DNA from: a virus | Taxonomy: Duplodnaviria > Caudoviricetes | DNA: 34,143 bases | Direction: 5' to 3' (one strand) | Virus record (IMG/VR): IMGVR_UViG_3300025158_000045 | Location: 1-34,143 of that record | Part shown: positions 6,265 to 13,751 of the stretch, piece by piece | How positions within the stretch are numbered: position 1 is the first letter of the stretch | Layout: each line of letters opens with the position of its first letter | Notes under the pieces: model-generated | Database searches by the model: none | What the model was told of the DNA's origin: nothing | Seen by the model: only the letters and a program-made list of their open reading frames with translations | Translations under genes and position numbers: made by a program

Positions 6265-6292
6265 TTGACTTGTAATAATTTTGTGATATTAT
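6265..6292 (+). promoter_or_regulatory. Early sigma70 promoter (rightward operon 2)
   Basis: TTGACT-16 bp-TATTAT with TG extension; same TTGACTT-N8-TTTGTGATATT layout as 2066. Confidence 0.72.
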
Positions 6293-6348
6293 TTAAAAAT
6301 CATCAGCAAGATGATAATAATAAAAAATAAAACATCGGAGAAACAAAA

Positions 6349-6738
6349 ATGCTAAACACACTAGAGCTACAAATTGACTCGTTCGGCGATTATTCGGAAC
6401 CCGATGAAGTCAGATATTTACCTAAAACCTGTTCCGAAATTAAACGTCACGTTGAGTGGGGTTCTTATAAGTTTAAATCGCTTCTTTTTTCCGAGCAAGA
6501 CGAATTAGCTTACACGTTATTTTGCGATTTACTTAATAACGAAGAGGACAGCGCATTTGATATACTCATGTCTCAAAATGTAAAAGAAATGTTTTTAAAT
6601 ATTAAAGAGTTCAGTTTTTCAACTAAAACAATCAGCGAAGAAATCATACACACATTTAAACCAATTATTGCCGAATTGTTTTTTTACTATTCTGAACAAT
6701 TTAAGCATAAATTAACTAATCAAAAAGATTGGAGTTAA
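6349..6738 (+). CDS. Hypothetical protein
   Basis: ORF track; SD ACATCGGAGA. Confidence 0.8.
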   Translation: MLNTLELQIDSFGDYSEPDEVRYLPKTCSEIKRHVEWGSYKFKSLLFSEQDELAYTLFCDLLNNEEDSAFDILMSQNVKEMFLNIKEFSFSTKTISEEIIHTFKPIIAELFFYYSEQFKHKLTNQKDWS

Positions 6739-6742
6739 TAAA

Positions 6743-6919
6743 GTGAGCGACAAAATAACGGTTAAAGAAAGATTAAGCTTTACAAGAACGACCACAAAAT
6801 TATTCAAAATATATCATAAAAATAGACGAAGAATTATTAAAGAACTGGAAAAATCGGCAGAGCCGATCGATTTTAGACAAATTCATTTAGAGTCATTGAA
6901 AATTACCGGAGGGTATTAA
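6743..6919 (+). CDS. Small basic hypothetical protein (58 aa, GTG start)
   Basis: MSDKITVKERLSFTRTTTKLFKIYHKNRRRIIKELEK...ITGGY*; SD GGAG; fills the gap exactly; not in the ORF track. Confidence 0.65.
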   Translation: MSDKITVKERLSFTRTTTKLFKIYHKNRRRIIKELEKSAEPIDFRQIHLESLKITGGY

Positions 6920-6920
6920 A

Positions 6921-7472
6921 ATGAAAATACAAGCAGAACTTAGACTGATGAGTGAATTGCCAGATAAATTTGAAAATATTGCTATAGTAGTTCGTCATGA
7001 TAATACATCTGGAATTCTTTTACCTAAGGGTACTAGTTTTAATTCTGACAATTATAAGGGATTTTTTTATTTGAAAGATTTTAAAATAATAGAAGAGCAC
7101 CCCGAACAACTCACAATCGCTGACTTAATCAACGAGGCTAAAGAAAAAGATGAAGAAGTTAGAATTAGAACTGAAAAAGTCAATGAATTACTGCAAGAAA
7201 TGGAAAGTATTTTAAATAGAAATAGTCAATTATTAGAGATTTATTCTATTAAAGAACGGCCAAAAATTAATGTTGAATTTTCATTGTTGAGACAATATAG
7301 CAATGAGCATGATTACGCATCACTAAATGATTTAGGTGTAGTAACAGTATCTAGCGACATAAAAAGTGAAACAAAAATGAGCTGGGAACATTTAGTAGAA
7401 TATGAAGGGTATGTAGGTTGGTTTTATCAATCGGATTTCACAGAATTAACTAAGCAATTAAGCGGGGAATAA
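6921..7472 (+). CDS. Mosaic hypothetical protein (DUF551-like modules), paralog of 9118..9588
   Basis: Shares MKxQAELxxxSELP and EQLTIADLINEAKE with 9118..9588. Confidence 0.75.
   Translation: MKIQAELRLMSELPDKFENIAIVVRHDNTSGILLPKGTSFNSDNYKGFFYLKDFKIIEEHPEQLTIADLINEAKEKDEEVRIRTEKVNELLQEMESILNRNSQLLEIYSIKERPKINVEFSLLRQYSNEHDYASLNDLGVVTVSSDIKSETKMSWEHLVEYEGYVGWFYQSDFTELTKQLSGE
7102..7146 (+). repeat. 45-bp direct repeat, copy 1 (copy 2 at 9359-9403)
   Basis: CCGAACAACTCACAATCGC(T/A)GACTTAATCAACGAGGCTAAAGAAA, 1 mismatch. Confidence 0.92.
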
Positions 7473-7473
7473 A

Positions 7474-8013
7474 ATGAATAATGAAAAAAAAACACACTGG
7501 AAAAATTACCATAATCCCGACTATATCGGTGCATATGCTTTTCAGCCTAATGAACATAAAGTTGTAAAAATAAAATCTGTTGGCCAAAGACTGGTTATTT
7601 CAGAGCGAGGAAAAGAAGAATGCCTAGTTGTTGATTTTTTTGAAAATGAAAAGCCAATGATTTGCAATGTAACCAATGCAAAAGCGATTTCAAAAGTGTG
7701 CGATTCTTCTTATATTGAAGATTGGGTTTCTAAACACATAGAATTATATGTTGCTAAAATAAAAGCGTTCGGTGAGTTTATAGATGCAGTTAGAGTTAAA
7801 TCTACAAAACCAAACATTAAAAAAGAAGCCCTTTCTCAAGGCTCACAACGTTGGTCAAGAGCTGTACAACAGTTAGCAGAAAATAAAATTACAATGGATG
7901 AAATAAAGAAGTACGTAGATATTAGTGATGACGATGTAAATGAGATGCTTTTCCAAGCGGATGAGTTAGCAGGAAAGTTAAATGAAGAACAAGAACAAGA
8001 GACAGGGGAATAA
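7474..8013 (+). CDS. Putative single-strand annealing/recombination protein
   Basis: THWK...NPDYIGA...KPMICNVTNAKAI...SSYIEDW pattern of a widespread phage family; directly upstream of the exonuclease. Confidence 0.55.
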   Translation: MNNEKKTHWKNYHNPDYIGAYAFQPNEHKVVKIKSVGQRLVISERGKEECLVVDFFENEKPMICNVTNAKAISKVCDSSYIEDWVSKHIELYVAKIKAFGEFIDAVRVKSTKPNIKKEALSQGSQRWSRAVQQLAENKITMDEIKKYVDISDDDVNEMLFQADELAGKLNEEQEQETGE

Positions 8014-8014
8014 A

Positions 8015-8620
8015 ATGGCACAGCATAAATTAGGGTTTTTTACAGCGTCAACAATTTCTCCGATTTTAACTGGGAAAGGAAGCACTTTATTAGCCGGAGG
8101 CGTTGAATATGCAAAGCGTATCGCATTAGAGCGCATCGGTGTAGTTAATGAAGATGAATTTTTTAATGGAAATAAAGCGACAGAATGGGGTAATGAATAT
8201 GAACTTGAAGCGATTCAAGCGTTTGAGGCTCATAACTTTATTAAAACGTTCGATCACCAAAAAACGGTCGAAAAAGAGTGGTTATCTTGTACTCCTGACG
8301 GCTACATTGGCGAAGATGAATTAATAGAAATTAAATGCCCATTTAGCCCTTTGATTCACTTAAACAACATTTTAGAAAATGGTCTGAATCAATATTGCAA
8401 TCAAGTTCAATTTCAGCTTATGTTGACGGAGCGCAAAGTATGTCATTTAGTTAGCTATAACCCGCTTTTTAAAGAAAAGAATAGGCTTTACTCTGTGAAA
8501 ATAAACGCAGATAAAGCGTGGCAAAATATGTGTATGAATCGAGTAGAACAAGCAGAAAGTGTAATAGAGTACGTATTAAGTAAGTTAAATATGTTTGTGG
8601 AAGATAAAAATGATAACTAA
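8015..8620 (+). CDS. YqaJ/lambda-type exonuclease
   Basis: FTAS, WGNEYE, SCTPDG, IEIKCP and QVQFQL motifs; SD GGGG precedes ATG 8015. Confidence 0.92.
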   Translation: MAQHKLGFFTASTISPILTGKGSTLLAGGVEYAKRIALERIGVVNEDEFFNGNKATEWGNEYELEAIQAFEAHNFIKTFDHQKTVEKEWLSCTPDGYIGEDELIEIKCPFSPLIHLNNILENGLNQYCNQVQFQLMLTERKVCHLVSYNPLFKEKNRLYSVKINADKAWQNMCMNRVEQAESVIEYVLSKLNMFVEDKNDN

Positions 8621-8813
8621 CTATGAAATAAAAAAGATAATAGATTACGAAATAGAAGATTCTATGATAAACCGTATAAAAGAACGATTTGCTGAAGAGG
8701 TGCCAAGTATTATTATTATGCTTACTGCTGATATTCTCGAATATAGCGTTGATAATATAGAATACACTGATTTCTTAAAGAAACACGATAAATACTTCTG
8801 GGGCGAAGAATGA
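8610..8813 (+). CDS. Hypothetical protein
   Basis: ORF track 8595..8813; likely ATG at 8610; coupled to its neighbours. Confidence 0.65.
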   Translation: MITNYEIKKIIDYEIEDSMINRIKERFAEEVPSIIIMLTADILEYSVDNIEYTDFLKKHDKYFWGEE

Positions 8814-9121
8814 CGGATATTATAAATGTTAAAGAAGTAGTAGGTAGTTCATTATGTGTATCTATTGAAGATGGTGATAAAGTTTTTAGATTGATAAAAG
8901 ATAATATGATTAAAGAGAAAAGAATCACTTTAGATTTTACTGAAATATTGGGTTTGTCGACAGTATTTGTGAGCGCATCAATAGGCCAGTTATTAGAAAT
9001 TTTCGAAGAAGATAGGATAAGAGCTAGTTTAAAATGGATTGGAACAGGTTGTGATTGTTATTATTATCTTGAATTTTATAAAGAATACGTTAAAAATAAA
9101 ACTAAAAGAGGTGAAAAATGA
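8810..9121 (+). CDS. STAS-like domain protein (DUF4325)
   Basis: VVGSSLCVSIEDGDKVF...ITLDFTEI..LSTVFVSASIGQL matches my recollection of the DUF4325 pattern. Confidence 0.75.
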   Translation: MTDIINVKEVVGSSLCVSIEDGDKVFRLIKDNMIKEKRITLDFTEILGLSTVFVSASIGQLLEIFEEDRIRASLKWIGTGCDCYYYLEFYKEYVKNKTKRGEK

Positions 9122-9588
9122 AACTACAAGCAGAACTTAAACCTGCGAGTGAATTGCCTAATGTGTACACGTCAGGGAATACTATTGTTGTTTTTTATGA
9201 GAAATACATAGAGCTTTTTAAATTTTATAACGAATCCTGTGTAATTGATGAGTATGGCAGAAACAGAAGCTGGGAAGAAATGAAAGTTACCAATTTTAAA
9301 GGCTGGATACGTTTTGAAGAATTAAAATTTGAATTAGAAAATGAAGAGGAACAAAAGTCCGAACAACTCACAATCGCAGACTTAATCAACGAGGCTAAAG
9401 AAAGAGGATATAAGTATATAACTCAAGACAAAAATTTAAGTATTTGGCTTTATAATTTAAAGCCTTGGCATGGAGTTAATAAATGGGAAGGAAAATACCC
9501 TAGGCTAACTGGTTTTAATTGCAATATAGATGGAGTCAAAAAATGGTACGAGGGTGACTGGAAAAATAGCTTGATTGAGGTAAAATAA
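9118..9588 (+). CDS. Mosaic hypothetical protein, paralog of 6921..7472 with a different C-terminal domain
   Basis: Shared N-terminus and linker; C-terminal YKYITQDKN..IWLY..KP...DWKNSL module. Confidence 0.75.
   Translation: MKLQAELKPASELPNVYTSGNTIVVFYEKYIELFKFYNESCVIDEYGRNRSWEEMKVTNFKGWIRFEELKFELENEEEQKSEQLTIADLINEAKERGYKYITQDKNLSIWLYNLKPWHGVNKWEGKYPRLTGFNCNIDGVKKWYEGDWKNSLIEVK
9359..9403 (+). repeat. 45-bp direct repeat, copy 2
   Basis: Matches 7102-7146 with 1 mismatch. Confidence 0.92.
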
Positions 9589-10046
9589 TGAAAAATTCAA
9601 TCGATATGTCAACAAAAGACGTTCAATGCGGAATAGGGAAGAAAATGAATAATGTATTTAAATTTAATCCGAACCCTGATGCTCTTAAAGAGAATGAAAC
9701 ATTTAATGGGGAGCCGTGTATATGTATGTCGCAAATAATGGATGCGACTATTGATGAAACACGTAATGGACTTCCGCTATTGCGTTTGCTAATAAAACCG
9801 ATTGGAACTAATTTGTTTTTTAATTTCAATATGGCAGTTACTGAAAACACCCTAACGCATAAATATTTTAAAAACTTTTGTGAGTCGATCGGGTTAGATT
9901 ATCCCGAAGACGGGCGCGTATATCTGAATGATATAATCAAAAAAACCGCATTAGTTAAATATACGTGGAAAAAAGAACTTATTACTGATAATGAATTACC
10001 GACTAAAATAATATGTCCAAAATATTTTGTTAAAAAAAATAACTAG
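9588..10046 (+). CDS. Putative ssDNA-binding protein (DUF669-like); possible start 9645
   Basis: IMDATIDETRNGLPLLRL...FKNFCESIGL pattern; sits in the recombination cluster. Confidence 0.5.
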   Translation: MKNSIDMSTKDVQCGIGKKMNNVFKFNPNPDALKENETFNGEPCICMSQIMDATIDETRNGLPLLRLLIKPIGTNLFFNFNMAVTENTLTHKYFKNFCESIGLDYPEDGRVYLNDIIKKTALVKYTWKKELITDNELPTKIICPKYFVKKNN

Positions 10047-10054
10047 GTGAAGAA

Positions 10055-10486
10055 ATGTTCAATATAAAAAACACAGAAAAAGAAGTGCTCTCTCAAATAA
10101 AAAGAATAACACTAGAGTTCTTTAATGAGCCAGATTCAGAGCGAAATTTGTTTAGATTTTGCAAAATAATCACTAGAATGAATCAATTAGTTAATAATCG
10201 ATTAAACAAATATGAAAGCAGTTCAGATGAAGTTTTTGAAATTATACAAAACTTGTACTCTAAAATAAATATAAATAGTATGATTGAAGGCAAAAACAAA
10301 GTAACGATTTTAGAGAAACTCGAAGAGCTCGCAGAGCAGCAGGCCTCAATAGCGCATTATGAATCAAATAACTATGCGTACGCTAGAACAAGGTACATAA
10401 CTGGTCTAATTTATAATATAAACGATAATAATCTTAAAGAATCAATTAACTCAGAAAGCATCCTTAGCATAAAAAATTACAGGTAA
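10055..10486 (+). CDS. Hypothetical protein
   Basis: ORF track; SD AGGTG. Confidence 0.75.
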   Translation: MFNIKNTEKEVLSQIKRITLEFFNEPDSERNLFRFCKIITRMNQLVNNRLNKYESSSDEVFEIIQNLYSKININSMIEGKNKVTILEKLEELAEQQASIAHYESNNYAYARTRYITGLIYNINDNNLKESINSESILSIKNYR

Positions 10487-10493
10487 AATAAAA

Positions 10494-10754
10494 ATGAACA
10501 AAAACGAACAAGAAAAACAAATGCTAATATTCTTAAACAAAACAATAAAATCAATCGAAGAAAACAAGAAAAACGCAAACTCTTTAAATGTTAAGGCATT
10601 TTGGGCTACCAATTTATCAATAGCGACGCTTATTTTATCCACAATGCTCGGATGGGTTGATAAAAAAGACCGCATAAACTTGATAAATGAGTTGGTAGAT
10701 CGCGTAAATGCCACTATTTTTACGATTGAAAACGAGTTAAAAAATGAACGATAA
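10494..10754 (+). CDS. Hypothetical protein
   Basis: ORF track; SD AGGT. Confidence 0.7.
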   Translation: MNKNEQEKQMLIFLNKTIKSIEENKKNANSLNVKAFWATNLSIATLILSTMLGWVDKKDRINLINELVDRVNATIFTIENELKNER

Positions 10755-10905
10755 TGATGAAATAAATATTTTTGCATGCGCTGGTATGTTTGTAACGCAA
10801 AAAACAGAAAATAAACGATATCTATTTAAACCGTCAAAGTTAAAAATATGGCTATATAGAAAATTGTATGGTTATGTTTGGGTTGATTTTAGTATTAGAA
10901 GTTAA
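10744..10905 (+). CDS. Small hypothetical protein (53 aa)
   Basis: MNDNDEINIFACAGMF...KPSKLKIWLYRKLYGYVWVDFSIRS*; overlaps the previous gene and ends 2 bp before the convergent gene; not in the ORF track. Confidence 0.6.
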   Translation: MNDNDEINIFACAGMFVTQKTENKRYLFKPSKLKIWLYRKLYGYVWVDFSIRS

Positions 10906-10907
10906 AA

Positions 10908-11216
10908 TCAATACTTTGAATTAATAATTCGAGTATGACCTTTTGAATCTATATGCTTTATTAAATAATCTAATGCGCTTCCTGATATGAAAAAACCTAT
11001 AATTCCTACTAAGCTGCTAATAGCAATCATTTTGCGAGAAAAAGATGCTATATTTCCAATAAAATCAAATTTTTTATTTAATGACTTGTCAAATTCACCC
11101 ATTCTTTTTTCGATTTCTTTTAGATTTATTTCTAAAATCTCATTTAAATGGTCGTATTCTGCTTTCATAACAGCAAGCTCTTTTCCAAGATTATAAACTC
11201 GTTCATCTAGCCCCAT
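10908..11216 (-). CDS. Coiled-coil plus single-TM protein (holin/XhlA-like lysis accessory)
   Basis: N-terminal heptad-like region, TM segment MIAISSLVGIIGFFISG; last gene of the lysis cassette. Confidence 0.55.
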   Translation of the reverse strand: MGLDERVYNLGKELAVMKAEYDHLNEILEINLKEIEKRMGEFDKSLNKKFDFIGNIASFSRKMIAISSLVGIIGFFISGSALDYLIKHIDSKGHTRIINSKY

Positions 11217-11233
11217 ATTATATAAATCCCTGT

Positions 11234-11638
11234 TTAATTTCGCGCTACATTTTTATTTTTTTCGTATGTTCTAAATCCACCAAAGCCAAGCAAGCATGTC
11301 ACAATACTCATTAATGTACTGATGTCTAAAGAAGGGGGGGCCGGTATGTGTTCAATTGATGAAAACCAAGTTAAAAATGGCAATATTACCATTTCATACG
11401 CTAATCCGGTTCCGCAAATCCATCCAATAAAAGGACGCCAGCCCGATATAAAGCGATTGGGGTTTTCCGCTTCTTTTTCATTAATCTTAAGCTGCGCTAT
11501 CTGAGCATTTAACTCGCCGCTCAACAAGAGTGCTTGTAACTCAAATTGTTTTTTTTGCGCTTCTTCTTTGTCTGGGAAAAAGCGCGTTATAATCGTTTTT
11601 CCTAAATCAAATGCTGCCGTTACAGGGTCAAGAGCCAT
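11234..11638 (-). CDS. Holin (3TM / GTA-holin family)
   Basis: INEKEA...FISGWRPFIGWICG...LLGFGGFRTYEK signature. Confidence 0.9.
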   Translation of the reverse strand: MALDPVTAAFDLGKTIITRFFPDKEEAQKKQFELQALLLSGELNAQIAQLKINEKEAENPNRFISGWRPFIGWICGTGLAYEMVILPFLTWFSSIEHIPAPPSLDISTLMSIVTCLLGFGGFRTYEKNKNVARN

Positions 11639-11665
11639 AAATTTCCAATTGTTCTACGTGAAACG

Positions 11666-12169
11666 TTATATGTATTTCGCGGGCCACCCCCCTGATTCCA
11701 TAATTTTTGCTAGCCTCAATGCACGTTTTGGAACATCAATATTGGCCCATTTGCTGTCTAACATATGAACTACTGCACCCTTCATATCTCCATATTCTAG
11801 TGACTTTATAAAATTATCAAACCCTAAAAGTCCATTAAACCCTAGATTTATAGACATATTAATTAAAACGGATTGCCTTGGCTCGTTTAATGTTAAAAAC
11901 CAGTCAAATTTACTTAATTTGTTTTTATGAAAATTAATATCATTTTCAAGCAACATTAAAGCATCTGATTGCGTTATTCCTGTTTTTTTTAATATATCAA
12001 TGAGTTCATATTTTCCAAAAACTTTACCTAAAATACTTGTTTGCTCTTCTTTTGTTAATCCATTTTTTTCTAAATTCCGACCAACGCCAATAGTCCAAAA
12101 TTTTGAGGTGCATAAATAAGGAAATAACTTAAGCCCCTCATCAATTATCAACATTTTTTGAATATTCAT
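11666..12169 (-). CDS. Endolysin, phage lysozyme (GH24, T4-like)
   Basis: EGLKLFPYLCT...TIGVGRNL, NMSINLG, MLDSKWA...RALRL. Confidence 0.92.
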   Translation of the reverse strand: MNIQKMLIIDEGLKLFPYLCTSKFWTIGVGRNLEKNGLTKEEQTSILGKVFGKYELIDILKKTGITQSDALMLLENDINFHKNKLSKFDWFLTLNEPRQSVLINMSINLGFNGLLGFDNFIKSLEYGDMKGAVVHMLDSKWANIDVPKRALRLAKIMESGGWPAKYI

Positions 12170-12178
12170 TATATGTAG

Positions 12179-12742
12179 TTATACTGTCTCTGTAACAGTA
12201 TAAGATACTTTATCACCTGCTACAATCGCAGCATTAAACGCAAATATTATTTCATCGGTGCCAGTTATAGCGTCTACAATCGAAACAGTAGATCCCGTTA
12301 CGCATGTTGCATTACACGGCAATCCTGGAACAATTCCCTTGCCTGGAATCGATACGGTTTCTCCAGGAACACCAATGTTCGTTAAGTTATAAACTGCTGA
12401 CGCTTTAATTATATTAAGCTTTGCCTGAACAGCTGGATCAAATTTTGGTTCTTCGATAGCTCCATCTGGAATTTTAGGATTAGTAACCGCTGAATCTTTA
12501 AGTTGCTCTGTCCCAACTGAGTTAGCAGGCAAAGCACTTTCGCTGTTTTCTACTGTTGCAGATGGCTCTACTGCGGTCACTCTCAGAGTTGCTACGTCAT
12601 CTGATGCAGTCAAAAATATAATTTGACCAACTGTTAAATATTCTTTAATTCCGTCAAAATATCCTGATTCTGTTGAAGTAGCTAAATCATCAGATGTATC
12701 AATCGTTAAGATTTTCGCTGCGTTAAATGATGTAATCGGCAT
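12179..12742 (-). CDS. Putative virion decoration/fibre protein (187 aa from MPITSF)
   Basis: SD GAGG before ATG 12742; TSDDLAT...GYF...LTVGQIIF N-domain; NSVGTEQL/SAVTNPKI/GAIEEPKF 10-aa repeats typical of fibre shafts. Confidence 0.6.
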   Translation of the reverse strand: MPITSFNAAKILTIDTSDDLATSTESGYFDGIKEYLTVGQIIFLTASDDVATLRVTAVEPSATVENSESALPANSVGTEQLKDSAVTNPKIPDGAIEEPKFDPAVQAKLNIIKASAVYNLTNIGVPGETVSIPGKGIVPGLPCNATCVTGSTVSIVDAITGTDEIIFAFNAAIVAGDKVSYTVTETV

Positions 12743-12767
12743 TTTATTTACCTCGTTTTGTGTGAAT

Positions 12768-13106
12768 TTATTGTAATGATGTTGTGTTAAATGAACTCCA
12801 GCCCGTGCTTGTTCTAACGCAAGGTGCATTTATTTGTTTATTGTAAACTACTTCTCCCTCAGTGTAATGTGATGAAGCTTCCAGTATTTCAGATGTCGTA
12901 TCAAAAGATTTAAATCTTAATGGCTCATCTGAACTTAACGAAAGCGTATATGTTTCAGCATTATTATCTACTTCTATTTTTGTATAATAAATATAATCAG
13001 CCAACTCCTGATAAACATTTAATCCATTATTTTTTACAAGCTCATCAGACAAAGATGCTACTTTCGCTTCTGTGTAAAAATTATCATTTGAGATTTTAAC
13101 TGACAT
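12768..13106 (-). CDS. Putative fibre-associated protein, N-terminus paralogous to 13116..13742
   Basis: MSVKISNDNFY...KNNGLNVYQE; C-terminal GEVVYN...W motif seen in fibre joints. Confidence 0.6.
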   Translation of the reverse strand: MSVKISNDNFYTEAKVASLSDELVKNNGLNVYQELADYIYYTKIEVDNNAETYTLSLSSDEPLRFKSFDTTSEILEASSHYTEGEVVYNKQINAPCVRTSTGWSSFNTTSLQ

Positions 13107-13115
13107 AATTTAATT

Positions 13116-13742
13116 CTACGCTAAAAATTTTACTGATGCACTGATAAGCCGTGGGGATTCAACTGATCTATATAGTCGAGTTAGTATAATGCTGATCGTG
13201 TCTCCGGCTTGCGTTGCAGATGCTGGAATCACTGAATGAGATTGCCTAGATAAAATATTCGCACTTAAAGGATTAGCGAATGCTGTCCCACCTCCCCCAG
13301 ATGTTATTACGGCTGCTCCACTTCTATTCAAAAAGGGACTGATTGTCATCGAGTGATTTCTTATTGCATTTGGGCAATACATTGAATACGATAACTCAGC
13401 CTCTGCACCCGCATACTCAGCAGGAACTTCAAGCGATATTGTTATCGATCCTGTATTTGCAAAAGATAAATAATTTAATTGACGATCGCTTGAAAGTGAA
13501 ACTTGCGCTCCTATGATCGAATTAGCTAAGTCAGATGCGCTGTACGTTTTAAAGTACGGACTACTTGAGGCACTTGCTGTAAGTGTTTTATTATATAACG
13601 TTCCTGAGCCGTCTCTATATTTCGCTTTTAAATCGCCAGCTTCTTGATATATATTTAAATCATTATTTTTTATAGAACTGTCTAAAAGAGCAGTGGATTT
13701 TGAAGACGAATAAAAATCATAGTTAGAAATCTTTACTGACAT
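13116..13742 (-). CDS. Putative fibre-associated protein with beta-sandwich C-terminus
   Basis: MSVKISNYDFY...KNNDLNIYQE; beta-rich S/T/A composition. Confidence 0.6.
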   Translation of the reverse strand: MSVKISNYDFYSSSKSTALLDSSIKNNDLNIYQEAGDLKAKYRDGSGTLYNKTLTASASSSPYFKTYSASDLANSIIGAQVSLSSDRQLNYLSFANTGSITISLEVPAEYAGAEAELSYSMYCPNAIRNHSMTISPFLNRSGAAVITSGGGGTAFANPLSANILSRQSHSVIPASATQAGDTISIILTRLYRSVESPRLISASVKFLA

Positions 13743-13751
13743 AATTTAACC

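Noticed and set aside
1460-6292. Bacteroidota-type TAnnTTTG promoters
   Set aside because: Only some boxes fit, while clear TTGAC/TATAAT promoters and GGAG Shine-Dalgarno sites are widespread, which is unlike Bacteroidota.
3496-9121. Genome-wide TGA recoding (code 4 or 25)
   Set aside because: Long genes are intact under code 11, and TGA terminates genes in ATGA overlaps (3499, 5206, 8813, 9121); only one suspicious internal TGA was found.
7102-9403. DGR template/variable repeat pair or att sites
   Set aside because: No reverse transcriptase or integrase; only one mismatch, at a synonymous position; both copies are in-frame coding linkers.
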